Positions 38,196 to 47,784 of a DNA stretch of 64,000 nucleotides are shown piece by piece. Positions within the stretch are counted from its first letter, which is position 1. Each line of letters opens with the position of its first letter. The notes beneath the pieces were generated by a model. That model did no database searches. It was not told the origin of the DNA and saw only the letters and a program-made list of their open reading frames with translations. The position numbers and the translations under genes are program-made. The DNA is taken from contig JBBTXL010000008.1 of assembly GCA_038062295.1 (NCBI GenBank), positions 1,430 through 65,429 on the forward strand, read 5' to 3'. This DNA comes from Patescibacteria group bacterium. GTDB lineage: Bacteria > Patescibacteriota > Minisyncoccia > GWC2-36-17 > WO2-46-25.

Positions 38196-39041
38196 TCATA
38201 CTCCTTTTTTCGTCGGCATTTCGCCGTCGAGGATTTGTTGTGCCTTGCGTAGGGTCTTGATGAACAGCCCGACCTGATTGAGGAGCCGTTCCTTATCCTT
38301 TGACTCCCGGAGCGAGGAGAAGTCAAAGTTCGAAATTTTTGTATGAGTCTGCGCAAGAAAAGCCGCCATATGTCTTGTGTTTTTCACACCGTTGTTCGCG
38401 GAGTGCCGCTCTCTGCCGTTGCTTTTGGGGTGCATAAGTTGCTGTGCGCGCCCTTTGATCTCGGAGGGTGTGAGCTTCAATTCCATTGCGCGATGAGCCA
38501 TCGGTATCTGGTGTTCCCGGGGAAGTTTTAATATCTCCGTGGCCTTCCAGAGGTCGAGCGACTTGTTGTTCATGAACGGATGCAGTTCGTCAGGAAGTTT
38601 CAATAAACGGATCCTGCCAACAACAAAAGAAACGCTCTTGCCGACACTGTCAGCAACCTTTTGGTTATTGTTTTTATTTCGCGACAGCATCCGATCTAAG
38701 GCATGTGCTTCTTCCATGATGGTCAGACTCTCGCTCTGCAGGTTTTCAATGAGCGCGAGATCCTCCGCCTGTTCGTCGGTTACGTTGTCAATAAGGGAAG
38801 GTATCCGCGCTAATCCGAGCGTTTTAAATGACCGCCATCGTCGCTCGCCGAATATCAGCTCATACTCACCGGGTTCTTCGAGGAGTTCGCGAACGCTGAT
38901 GGGTTGCCGAAGTCCGTGTGCTTTGATGGACGCCGCCAGCTCTTCCATCCGTTGCTGGTTAAAATAGGTGCGCGGCTGGAAGCGGTTCGGCCGTATCCTG
39001 TTCACCGGAAGCTGGACAATTTGTTCCTTTTTCAGTGCCAT
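38196..39041 (-). CDS. ParB/Spo0J family protein
   Basis: PNRFQPR, LAASIKAHGLRQPI, GERRWRS, ALIENLQ; SD AAGGAGG. Confidence 0.88.
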   Translation of the reverse strand: MALKKEQIVQLPVNRIRPNRFQPRTYFNQQRMEELAASIKAHGLRQPISVRELLEEPGEYELIFGERRWRSFKTLGLARIPSLIDNVTDEQAEDLALIENLQSESLTIMEEAHALDRMLSRNKNNNQKVADSVGKSVSFVVGRIRLLKLPDELHPFMNNKSLDLWKATEILKLPREHQIPMAHRAMELKLTPSEIKGRAQQLMHPKSNGRERHSANNGVKNTRHMAAFLAQTHTKISNFDFSSLRESKDKERLLNQVGLFIKTLRKAQQILDGEMPTKKGV

Positions 39042-39606
39042 ATCCCCCTCCTTGGGTGTGTTATGCGGTTGGTAATGTGCAACAGTGAATTCTGTCACGG
39101 TACTATGCGCACATGCGCGTGTCAATTATGACAACAGAAAACCGGAGGGGAATGTTTCCCTCCGGTTTGGCCCGCATCGCGTTGGGCGCGGGGGTTATGT
39201 CCATAAGCTTTCAAGTTCCCGGTGGTGTTCCCATAACACCTCCTTTGCCCGGTGGGTGAATAAAAGTGCAATAGCCGCAAGCGTACACCGCGTTGCGCGT
39301 TGTGTCAAGATGTGGCATGAAAGTTGCGGAAAAGCTGTTTCTATTGTTGTGGATAAGATGGGGGAGAAAACGGGTTGACGCGCCGCGCGCATGATGACAC
39401 AATGGGGGCGGATAATTTATATACGGTAACTCTCTCGTCGGGAAAACCGAGATGACACCTCGGAATGACACCACACACAACTTGTGCGCATGCGTGCCTT
39501 TCCCGTGATGGGTGATTATCAAGCCCCTTTTTGGCGTGTGCCGGGAAGGGGATTATTATTTTTTGTAACCATAATCATTAATCTTTATTCGGTAATCTAA
39601 AACAGT

Positions 39607-40905
39607 ATGAAAAAAGTTCTCTTATCTCTCGGTGCGGTGGCGATGGTGCTGGTTGCGCTCCCCATGTTCTCCGCATTCGAGGCGCATGTTATTAACGTAA
39701 CGGCAAAGATAGAAAATGCTTTGTCGGTTCCGGTGAGCGAAATAGATTTCGGCACCGTGTTCCCGCAGGAAAAGCTGGACAAGCAGTTCGACGTTTCCCT
39801 TTCCCAATCGTTCAAGGATGAGGATAGAGTGGACGACGTGGAATATTACATTCGGCAGAAGCCCAAGTGCTGGGACGGCAACGAAACAACGCCGACCTTC
39901 GGGCGTGTGACGGAAGACGCACAGGGGAACTTTGTATGCGTGGATGAAGGGTTCACCATGCTCCCCATTTTATGCCCGTATCTTTCAAAGCATGAATTGA
40001 CGACCGACGGTACGCAACAGGAAAACGACACGGGTATCAACGCGTTCCACGGCCTACCTGGCAGTTGGACGCTCGCAACCACGCTCGCCACACAGGTAAC
40101 AGGGCGGCTTGCAAAGTCCGTGCAGGACTTTACGGACACCTGGAATGTAGATCTGCGCGTGCCATGCTTTGGTGGCCACTGTGCGCAAGACTGGGATGAT
40201 TTCGTACAGAACTCAAACCCAGCAGACTTAGAAATTGACCCGTCCGCATACATCCAGCCACAGGAAAACGAGCATAAATTGTTCGGCTGTGATCTGTGGG
40301 TAGAGGTGTATCGCATCAGTCTTGCAGGCGGCCCGCCCATCGGGTGCGAGGACGAGCTGGATTTGATGCTCGTGCTTGACCGCTCGGGGAGTATTGGGGA
40401 TACGAATATGGGCGTATTGCAAACTGCCGCAAAAGCATTTGTGGACGCACTAGGACTTGGTACGCCGGGTCCGCACGCGGGCATGGTGAGTTTTGCAAGC
40501 GGCGCCTCGCTGGATGTGCATCTGACGGATGATGCTGTGGCGGTAAAAGCAGCGATCGATTTGTTGGTTTCTTCCGGCCTTACGGCGCTTGGCGACGGCA
40601 TCAATACCGCAAAGACAGAGCTAGACAACCCCGGCGACGGCCACGATCGTCTGGATGCGGGTTCTCCCGACTACATGGTTATTATCACCGACGGCGCGCC
40701 CAACACAGGTGCGGATTCCGCAACCGCAGCGGCTGCGGCAAAAGCGGCCGGTATCACTATCTATGTGGTAGGGGTAGGCACGACGGGTGGCACGGAAACA
40801 TTCTTACGCGATACTATCGCAACCTCGCCCGCACACTACTTCAGCATCGCAAATTACGATGATCTGCAGGCGCTCCTAAGCGGATTGGTAAACTGTCCCG
40901 CATAA
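39607..40905 (+). CDS. Putative SipW-processed secreted protein with C-terminal vWA domain
   Basis: FSA-FEAHVINVTA; DFGTVFPQE; vWA MIDAS DRSGS..T..ITDG. Confidence 0.8.
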   Translation: MKKVLLSLGAVAMVLVALPMFSAFEAHVINVTAKIENALSVPVSEIDFGTVFPQEKLDKQFDVSLSQSFKDEDRVDDVEYYIRQKPKCWDGNETTPTFGRVTEDAQGNFVCVDEGFTMLPILCPYLSKHELTTDGTQQENDTGINAFHGLPGSWTLATTLATQVTGRLAKSVQDFTDTWNVDLRVPCFGGHCAQDWDDFVQNSNPADLEIDPSAYIQPQENEHKLFGCDLWVEVYRISLAGGPPIGCEDELDLMLVLDRSGSIGDTNMGVLQTAAKAFVDALGLGTPGPHAGMVSFASGASLDVHLTDDAVAVKAAIDLLVSSGLTALGDGINTAKTELDNPGDGHDRLDAGSPDYMVIITDGAPNTGADSATAAAAAKAAGITIYVVGVGTTGGTETFLRDTIATSPAHYFSIANYDDLQALLSGLVNCPA

Positions 40906-40908
40906 CGG

Positions 40909-42255
40909 ATGAAAAGAACATTCACCACAATTCTTTCGCTGGGCGCCATGCTCGTCATGGTGCCCATGCTTGCCGCCTACGAGGCGCATGTGTTGAATGT
41001 TATCGCGCAAATTGAGAATGGGGGAGACATCATCGTCACGCCGGGCGACCCGGTGGATTTCGGCACGGTGTTCCCCCAGGAGAAACTGGACAAACAGTTT
41101 GAGATCGCACTCTCGCAGACGTTCATCAACGATCCACAATACGACCTCTTGGAATATTCCGTCACGCAGGAACCCAAATGCTGGAACGGCAACGAGCAAG
41201 CTCCCGTGTTCGGGGAAGCGCAAATCGTGAACAACCAGTTCGTCTGTATTGACCAGGGTTTTACCTTCCTTCCTATTCTGTGTCCGTATCTCTCAAAACA
41301 TGAGCTCACGGGCGACGCGACGGGCGATACGGAGCCGGGCGAAACCCCGGGCGACCCCGTGGATGAAAACGACGGGCCGGGCATCCTCGCGTTTCATGGC
41401 GTGATAGATGTGAATGCTTGGAGCCCGCTCGTTGCTTCCTCCACCATGGAAGTCGGTGCGCTTAAAAAAACAGCCGAAGACCTTGCCGATACCTGGAATA
41501 TTGATCTCAAAGTACCGTGTTTCACGGGCCACTGCGCGCAGGACTGGGAGGACTATGTCAAAGGCATCAACCCGCAGGCAAATCCGGACGACTACATCCA
41601 GCCCCTGGAAAACGAGCACAAGCTGTTTGGCTGTAACATCCGCATCTCGGTGACCGGTAAGCCCTCTACGGTTGGTTGTCAGGGTAAGGTTGACCTCATG
41701 CTCGTACTTGACCGCTCGGGGAGTATTGACTTCACGGAGCTTGGACAACTCAAAACTGCGGCAAATGCTTTTGTGGATGCGCTTGCGCCGTCTGCAAGTA
41801 GTGTACATATTGGCCAATCAAGCTTTGCAACAACCGGCTCGCTTGATTTGCATCTTACCGACAACGCAACATCAACACATGCGGCAATTAACGCACTTAT
41901 TGCGGTCGGGCAGACCAACCTGAAATCCGGTATAGACTTTGCAAAAACGGAACTGAACAACCCCGGCGACGGGCATGACCGCACGGATGGTGACTCGCCC
42001 GACAAGATGGTTATCATCACCGACGGTGCGCCGAACAGACCGATTCCGGCAATTACCGCAGACGATGTAGCAGCAGCATCAGCAGATGCTGCGCGCGCTG
42101 CTGGTATTGAAATTTTTGCACTTGGCGTTGGGGTTTCTGCATCAACTGAAACATTTTTGAAAACCGAAATTGCCGATGATGCCGCGCATTACTATTCCGT
42201 GCTGAACTACGCGGATCTGCAAGCCGCGCTGGAACTGCTTGCCGAATGTGACTGA
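40909..42255 (+). CDS. Paralogous secreted protein with vWA domain
   Basis: AA-YEAHVLNVIA; DFGTVFPQE; LDRSGS; IITDG. Confidence 0.8.
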   Translation: MKRTFTTILSLGAMLVMVPMLAAYEAHVLNVIAQIENGGDIIVTPGDPVDFGTVFPQEKLDKQFEIALSQTFINDPQYDLLEYSVTQEPKCWNGNEQAPVFGEAQIVNNQFVCIDQGFTFLPILCPYLSKHELTGDATGDTEPGETPGDPVDENDGPGILAFHGVIDVNAWSPLVASSTMEVGALKKTAEDLADTWNIDLKVPCFTGHCAQDWEDYVKGINPQANPDDYIQPLENEHKLFGCNIRISVTGKPSTVGCQGKVDLMLVLDRSGSIDFTELGQLKTAANAFVDALAPSASSVHIGQSSFATTGSLDLHLTDNATSTHAAINALIAVGQTNLKSGIDFAKTELNNPGDGHDRTDGDSPDKMVIITDGAPNRPIPAITADDVAAASADAARAAGIEIFALGVGVSASTETFLKTEIADDAAHYYSVLNYADLQAALELLAECD

Positions 42256-42417
42256 TTGCACACACTCCCATCTTTTGGCGCAAGCGAAAAGATGGGAGTG
42301 GCCACAATCCACCCTTCGCCTCTTTCGGGGCCGCTCGACGCCTAAAGAAGTGAGGGGATGATACGCAATGGCCAGGTCGATCATCCTTAATTAGCATTAA
42401 ACAAAGATTATACGCAT

Positions 42418-43332
42418 ATGAAAAAAGTTTTACTTTCACTGGGAGCTGTTGCCTTCGTATTGGTCGCGCTCCCGATGTTCTCGGCATTTGAGGCGCATGT
42501 TATCAACGTGGTCGCAAAGATCGAGAATGCGCTTTCGGTGGATACGCGACCGATCAACTTCGGCACGGTATTCCCGCAGGAAGAACTTGAACGGCCGTTG
42601 GCGGTTCAACTTTCGCAGTCGTTTGTGGATGAGGAAAATGCCGATGATGTTCGGTACATTATTCGCCAGAAGCCGAAGTGCGGTGTAACAACCGACAATG
42701 GAACTGTATTGGTCGGCCCAACCTGGACCGGTCACGTTGTACCAACACTGGATGACCCGCAAACCACAGATGTTGATGAAAGCAAGGGTGGCACAGCTTA
42801 CACGATTGACTGTGAAAAGGATAAGCCTGCTAACTTGGAGGAAGCAACCTATGGCTTACTGCCGATGCTTTGTCAGTATATCTCGAAGCACCCGGTAGCG
42901 GCTTGCGCTGATGGGTTGGATAATGATAACGATCAGGCAATCGACGGACAGGATGTGGATTGTGCAGGCGCGACAGATGACAACGAAGGATTGCCAGGGT
43001 CTCAACCAGAAGGCGATGATGGAAGTCTGAATTCGTTCCATCAGCCGTTTTCGGTGAGTAATTCGACGGTGCAATGGAATGATGTTCATGGTCTTCTTGC
43101 AAAGTCGCTGAGCGACCGTGCAGATCTGTGGACGATTGACCTTGCGGTGCCATGCTTTGGCGGATACTGCGCACAGGATTGGGCAGACTTTGTGCACGGC
43201 ATCAATCCGGATGCAGACCCGAATGCATACACCCAGTCAATTGACAACGAACACAAGATTTTCGGTTGCAATCTCTGGATTGAAGTGACCGAAGTGAGTC
43301 GTGTTGATACAAACCCGACTGACAACCAATAG
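42418..43332 (+). CDS. Paralogous secreted protein without vWA (candidate major subunit)
   Basis: FSA-FEAHVINVVA; NFGTVFPQE; VPCFGGYCAQDW; CADGLDNDND motif. Confidence 0.75.
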   Translation: MKKVLLSLGAVAFVLVALPMFSAFEAHVINVVAKIENALSVDTRPINFGTVFPQEELERPLAVQLSQSFVDEENADDVRYIIRQKPKCGVTTDNGTVLVGPTWTGHVVPTLDDPQTTDVDESKGGTAYTIDCEKDKPANLEEATYGLLPMLCQYISKHPVAACADGLDNDNDQAIDGQDVDCAGATDDNEGLPGSQPEGDDGSLNSFHQPFSVSNSTVQWNDVHGLLAKSLSDRADLWTIDLAVPCFGGYCAQDWADFVHGINPDADPNAYTQSIDNEHKIFGCNLWIEVTEVSRVDTNPTDNQ

Positions 43333-43420
43333 TTTGAGCTAATCTCTGAATCTCTCCGGCGGTTGCTTGTGACAACGGCCGGAGGATTGAGTGATTATTA
43401 ATTCATAAGAGGGAAAACTT

Positions 43421-43909
43421 ATGGAAAACCAATTGTACGAAGTTCAGCAAGAAACCGCTCCGCAAACGCCCGAAAAAAAGGGCTGGTGGGGAGCGCTCAA
43501 AGTGTGGGAAAAGATAGTCACCATCGTGCTTGCGCTTGTGGTGCTGTTTGCGTTTTATATCGCGCTTGACGCGAATAAATACCAAGCGACGGTGCATGTG
43601 ATAGAAGGCGAGGGGAAAGTGGGTATCAACCCCACCACCGAGCGCCTGGACTTTGGCGACCTTTCGCGTGGGACTTCCGCCGTGCGCCGCGTAACGGTGA
43701 CAAACGGCACGGCAATGCCGATGTATGTGATGGTGTGGAAAACGGGCAAAGTAAGCGAGCTGATGGACGAGAATAAAAATTACTTCACGCTCGCGCCGGG
43801 GAACGAGGAACGCCTTGAATTCACCATTTACATGCCTGCGTCGGCACAGATCGGTGCGACGCTGGATGGCCGTGTGTATTTGCTAAAAATCCCTACGTTC
43901 GGACTGTAA
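43421..43909 (+). CDS. Membrane-anchored Ig-like protein
   Basis: One TM; LDFGDL...VTVTN. Confidence 0.65.
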   Translation: MENQLYEVQQETAPQTPEKKGWWGALKVWEKIVTIVLALVVLFAFYIALDANKYQATVHVIEGEGKVGINPTTERLDFGDLSRGTSAVRRVTVTNGTAMPMYVMVWKTGKVSELMDENKNYFTLAPGNEERLEFTIYMPASAQIGATLDGRVYLLKIPTFGL

Positions 43910-43920
43910 CGCCCAACGCT

Positions 43921-44469
43921 ATGCTTCCCAACCCGCTTATCATTCCTTCGGGACCGCCGCAACGGAGCGCACCGGAACTGCAACAGGCGTCGGAGCGGGA
44001 ACCCGCGCCGGAGGGAAAGAAAAAAAGACCCTTCTGGAGAAAGGCGGTGAATGTCGTTGCATATATAGTCATTATCGGGGGTATTACATTCGGCTTGCCC
44101 AAAGCGCTTGCGTGGGCGCTGGATACGCCCTACCCCATGGCGACCATCACCTCGGGCTCCATGTGGCCTGCGCTCAAAGAGGGCGATTTGGTGTTCATAC
44201 AAGGCATCAAAAGCAAAAGCGACATGAGTATCGGCGATGTGGTGGTGTATCGCAACAAGGAGAATGGCACATTCGTCATTCACCGTGTGGTCGCGATGGG
44301 CGAGAAAACATTTACCACCAAGGGCGACGCCAACTTCTCGAAAGACGACCCGGTGCGGTATGAGGACGCGGTGGGCAAGGCCTACGAACTGGGGGGGTAC
44401 TACGCCCGCATTCCGTACTTGGGCATTATTACCGTGTATGCCAGCAAGCAACTAAACCATCAGCCATGA
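43921..44469 (+). CDS. Signal peptidase I, SipW/ER-type (S26B)
   Basis: TSGSMWP (Ser), VIHRVV (His), TKGDAN. Confidence 0.88.
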   Translation: MLPNPLIIPSGPPQRSAPELQQASEREPAPEGKKKRPFWRKAVNVVAYIVIIGGITFGLPKALAWALDTPYPMATITSGSMWPALKEGDLVFIQGIKSKSDMSIGDVVVYRNKENGTFVIHRVVAMGEKTFTTKGDANFSKDDPVRYEDAVGKAYELGGYYARIPYLGIITVYASKQLNHQP

Positions 44470-45479
44470 AATTGTTTCCCGTCATTGTTTTTTTCGCACT
44501 TGCGTTCGCGCTCGTGAACTCCGGAATATTTCTTGGAGCGTTTGAAGCGCATGTGCTGAACGTGACGGCCGTGATAGACGACAACCCGCCGCTGTGCGAT
44601 GCGCGCTCGCTGGGGTATTGGAAGAACCACGAGGGATGTTTTAAGGGGAAAGGGGAGAGTATCTGGACGGACGAGATACACCAGGTAACTACGGAATTTG
44701 CGGGGATATTTTACGATATTACGGGAGAGCAAATTTGCAAGGCGGTGTGGATCTCTTCTTGCCCGTCGGGCAACGACCCGGATGCGCGAAGATGCAAGGC
44801 GCGTGCGATGGCGCTTGCCGTGGAGTTGAACCTTGTGTCGGGGCGTTTGCAATTGGACGCTCTGCTTGCGGGAGCGGACGACGGTTCCTCGGCCTTTGAC
44901 CATCTGGGGCTGACGGGGGCCTCCACCATCCGGCAGGCGATGATGATGATAGAAATTATCATCGGCACGCCGTCCTCCACGAGCCAACAGCTCAAAGACG
45001 CGGCGTATGTCGCCGAGCGCATATACACGTTCTATGAGTCGGAAAATCCGGATGCGCCGCGCTGTGTGTATGTCCCGCCGCCGCCCAAAGACGATTGCGA
45101 CAAAGACGGGCATCATAGCGGGAACGATTTTGGGACCGGCACGGAGCAGTTTCTTATCACTACCGGCGGCAGCCACGACGACGGGAAAGAATGCGATGAT
45201 GATACAAAAAACGATGACGACAACCATCACGACTGGTGGGACTTGCTGTCATATCCGGGTGACAATGATTTCAACAGCCAGGACAACCATGAAACCGGCG
45301 ACACAGACAGGGGAGAGCGCGGCGAGCGCGGTTCACACGACAACAACGGGACAACAACGGATGTATTCAATGCCACAACAACCGCCGATGTGTTGAACGG
45401 AACTTCAACGATAGATACCCTTGGTGGTACCGGTGACGATGACGGCCGCAAAGAACGCGGAGACAGGGAAGACCGCTGA
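44466..45479 (+). CDS. Secreted protein with AFEAHVLNVTA N-terminus and acidic low-complexity tail
   Basis: GA-FEAHVLNVTA; SLGYWKNH; D/T/G-rich C-terminus. Confidence 0.7.
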   Translation: MKLFPVIVFFALAFALVNSGIFLGAFEAHVLNVTAVIDDNPPLCDARSLGYWKNHEGCFKGKGESIWTDEIHQVTTEFAGIFYDITGEQICKAVWISSCPSGNDPDARRCKARAMALAVELNLVSGRLQLDALLAGADDGSSAFDHLGLTGASTIRQAMMMIEIIIGTPSSTSQQLKDAAYVAERIYTFYESENPDAPRCVYVPPPPKDDCDKDGHHSGNDFGTGTEQFLITTGGSHDDGKECDDDTKNDDDNHHDWWDLLSYPGDNDFNSQDNHETGDTDRGERGERGSHDNNGTTTDVFNATTTADVLNGTSTIDTLGGTGDDDGRKERGDREDR

Positions 45480-45491
45480 CGTTAGCGCACG

Positions 45492-46460
45492 CTAGATATG
45501 CTTTTGCTGCTCCATTTCGCGGAGCAGTTTTTGCATTGCATCCATCTGGTCGGGGTCGTGGATGGAAATTGCGCACGCGGACGGGTTGAGTTTTTTCAGT
45601 ATGGTGAGTCTCTTTTTTTGTTCTTTGGGTACCAGGAGATCGCTCTTACTCAAGAAAAGGTATTCTTTTTTTTGAAGGAGCTTTGGGTGATATGCGCCAA
45701 GCTCCGTGCGGATGGTTTTGTAATCGCGCGCGGGGTTGTCCGACTCTGCCGATACGAAGTGAAACAGGGTTTTGGTGCGTTCAATATGCCGCAGAAATTT
45801 TACGCCCAAACCTTTGCCCACCGATGCGCCTTCAATAATGCCCGGAATGTCGGCGAGCACCAGGTCGCCATGTACGCCTAAATTCGGTTCCAGCGTGGTG
45901 AAAGGGTAGTTGGCTACCTTGCTTCTGGCTTTGGTGAGCTCGTTGAGCATGCTCGATTTGCCGGCGTTGGGGAGGCCGATAAGTCCGATGTCGGCGATGA
46001 GTTTGAGTTCCAGGCGCAGGGTGAAGCGCTCGCCTTCCCGCCCGCGTTCACATTGTTTGGGTGAGGTGTTGATGGACGAACGGAACAAAAAATTTCCTTT
46101 TCCGCCGCCGCCGCCCCGCGCCATGGGGATGCGCTCGCCGATGGCGGTAATTTCCGCACGGTCGCTGGTGGTGAGACTATGGATAACGGTGCCAACGGGA
46201 ATTTTGATAATAAGGTCTGCGCCGTCGGTGCCGTCGTTGCACTGGATGCGGCCGTGCTTGCCGTTCTCGGCTTTCAGAACTTTTTTAAACCGGAACTGCG
46301 AAAGGGCGGACAGGTTGGAAATACCTTCCATGTACACACTGCCGCCTTTGCCGCCGGTGCCGCCGGTGGGGCCGAGTGCCAGCAGGTTCTTTTGAAACGA
46401 TACTTTGCCGTCTCCGCCGTTGCCCGCGATTATTTCTATAGTGACATCGTCTATTAACAT
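45492..46460 (-). CDS. obgE: GTPase ObgE
   Basis: Gly-rich Obg fold; GLPNAGKS; YPFTTL; DIPG. Confidence 0.95.
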   Translation of the reverse strand: MLIDDVTIEIIAGNGGDGKVSFQKNLLALGPTGGTGGKGGSVYMEGISNLSALSQFRFKKVLKAENGKHGRIQCNDGTDGADLIIKIPVGTVIHSLTTSDRAEITAIGERIPMARGGGGGKGNFLFRSSINTSPKQCERGREGERFTLRLELKLIADIGLIGLPNAGKSSMLNELTKARSKVANYPFTTLEPNLGVHGDLVLADIPGIIEGASVGKGLGVKFLRHIERTKTLFHFVSAESDNPARDYKTIRTELGAYHPKLLQKKEYLFLSKSDLLVPKEQKKRLTILKKLNPSACAISIHDPDQMDAMQKLLREMEQQKHI

Positions 46461-46552
46461 GGAGCGGAGCATACCGCATATTGCGAAAAAAAGAAAGATG
46501 TGGTATTTTGAAGCTATTGGTATGGCACAAACTTTCTAACAGGAGGTGTGTC

Positions 46553-46753
46553 ATGGGGCAGGTTCATGATAAGAAGAAAAGCGGCAGCACACAGGGAGGC
46601 GGAGGGTCTGTTCCTGCCGCAAACCCCGAGGTTACTGCCAAGGGGAAAAAGCTCAAGGAGGATGTGAATAATCTCCTTGACGAGATTGATGATGTTCTTG
46701 AAGAGAACGCCGAAGAGTTCGTCAAGAACTATATTCAGAAAGGGGGAGAATGA
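46553..46753 (+). CDS. pup: Prokaryotic ubiquitin-like protein Pup
   Basis: LLDEIDDVLEENAEEFVKNYIQKGGE*; SD AGGAGG at 46541; terminator hairpin ~46771-46815. Confidence 0.88.
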   Translation: MGQVHDKKKSGSTQGGGGSVPAANPEVTAKGKKLKEDVNNLLDEIDDVLEENAEEFVKNYIQKGGE

Positions 46754-46946
46754 ACTTTATTTGCACACTGTGAAAGGCGGTACCAATTCTATTTCGGTAT
46801 CCGCCTTTTCTTTTTGTTTTGGGGGGTCTTGACTTTTATTTTCAGTGTGCTATACTGCCTCAGTAAGTAGGGGTGTTCCATCTTTCGTATTTTCGTAAGA
46901 GAAAACAGGTCGTCCTACTGGTTATTTATTTAACGTTATAGTTTGT

Positions 46947-47249
46947 ATGGCAAAAAGATTGTTTGTGGGCGGTATCTCATGGGGTACTACCCAGGACGTC
47001 CTGAAGGATACATTCTCGCAGGCGGGCACCGTGGTATCGGCGACGATCATCACGGACAAGATCTCGGGTCGCTCCAAAGGTTTCGGATTCGTTGAAATGT
47101 CAACGGATGAGGAAGCCGATGCAGCGGTTGCGATGCTCAACGGCAAAGAAATTGACGGGCGCGCCATTGTGGTGAATGAAGCCCGGCCGATGGAAAGCCG
47201 TCCGCCGCGCAGAGATTTCGGTGGCGGTGACCGCCGTCCGAGATACTAA
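46947..47249 (+). CDS. RRM RNA-binding protein
   Basis: LFVGGIS (RNP2), KGFGFVEM (RNP1). Confidence 0.93.
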   Translation: MAKRLFVGGISWGTTQDVLKDTFSQAGTVVSATIITDKISGRSKGFGFVEMSTDEEADAAVAMLNGKEIDGRAIVVNEARPMESRPPRRDFGGGDRRPRY

Positions 47250-47312
47250 TCTCGCATTCAGGAAAACCAGCCGCGTTCGCGCGGCTGGTTTTAGTTTTGG
47301 TATACTACCCCT

Positions 47313-47540
47313 ATGAGAATTACAGTGAAAGCCAAGCCCAATGCGCGCGCGGAATCTGTCGTGAAAAAAGACGGTATGTTTCATGTCGCCGTGAAGGCGC
47401 CGGCAACGGAAGGGAAGGCGAACATCGCTGTTGCCCGCGCGCTCGCGAACTATTTTGATATTGCGCCTTCGCGCATCCGCCTTATTTCTGGCGCGCGGAG
47501 GAAGGTGAAGGTGTTTGAGTTATCCACAGCCCCCCTTTGA
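47313..47540 (+). CDS. DUF167/YggU family protein
   Basis: VKAKPNA...APATEGKAN...ISGARRKVK. Confidence 0.85.
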   Translation: MRITVKAKPNARAESVVKKDGMFHVAVKAPATEGKANIAVARALANYFDIAPSRIRLISGARRKVKVFELSTAPL

Positions 47541-47565
47541 CAAAAAACCGCCGGGGGAGTACACT
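47537..47565 (+). promoter_or_regulatory. Sigma-70 promoter upstream of candidate ncRNA
   Basis: TTGACA-N17-TACACT. Confidence 0.65.
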
Positions 47566-47612
47566 CAAAAAACGTTCAAATTTTCTTGCTCTTTTTATAA
47601 GTTTATAAAGAT

Positions 47613-47784
47613 GGGTCTTGGTGCTAGCGAAGTACGATTCTCCTAATCGGGAAAAGTCTCCTCAGTTCTTGCAGAGCTGTGACCATTCCCTTGGGGTAAC
47701 TCAAGGAAACGTGTTGTCAGTTCTCACAGAATTGATGTACCTAATGTGTCTTCGGACACTTTAGGGAAAGCGAAACCAAAGCCC
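47613..47784 (+). ncRNA. Candidate multi-stem structured ncRNA
   Basis: Closing stem GGGTCTTGGT/ACCAAAGCCC enclosing five hairpins; own promoter and terminator; no ORF in track. Confidence 0.55.
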
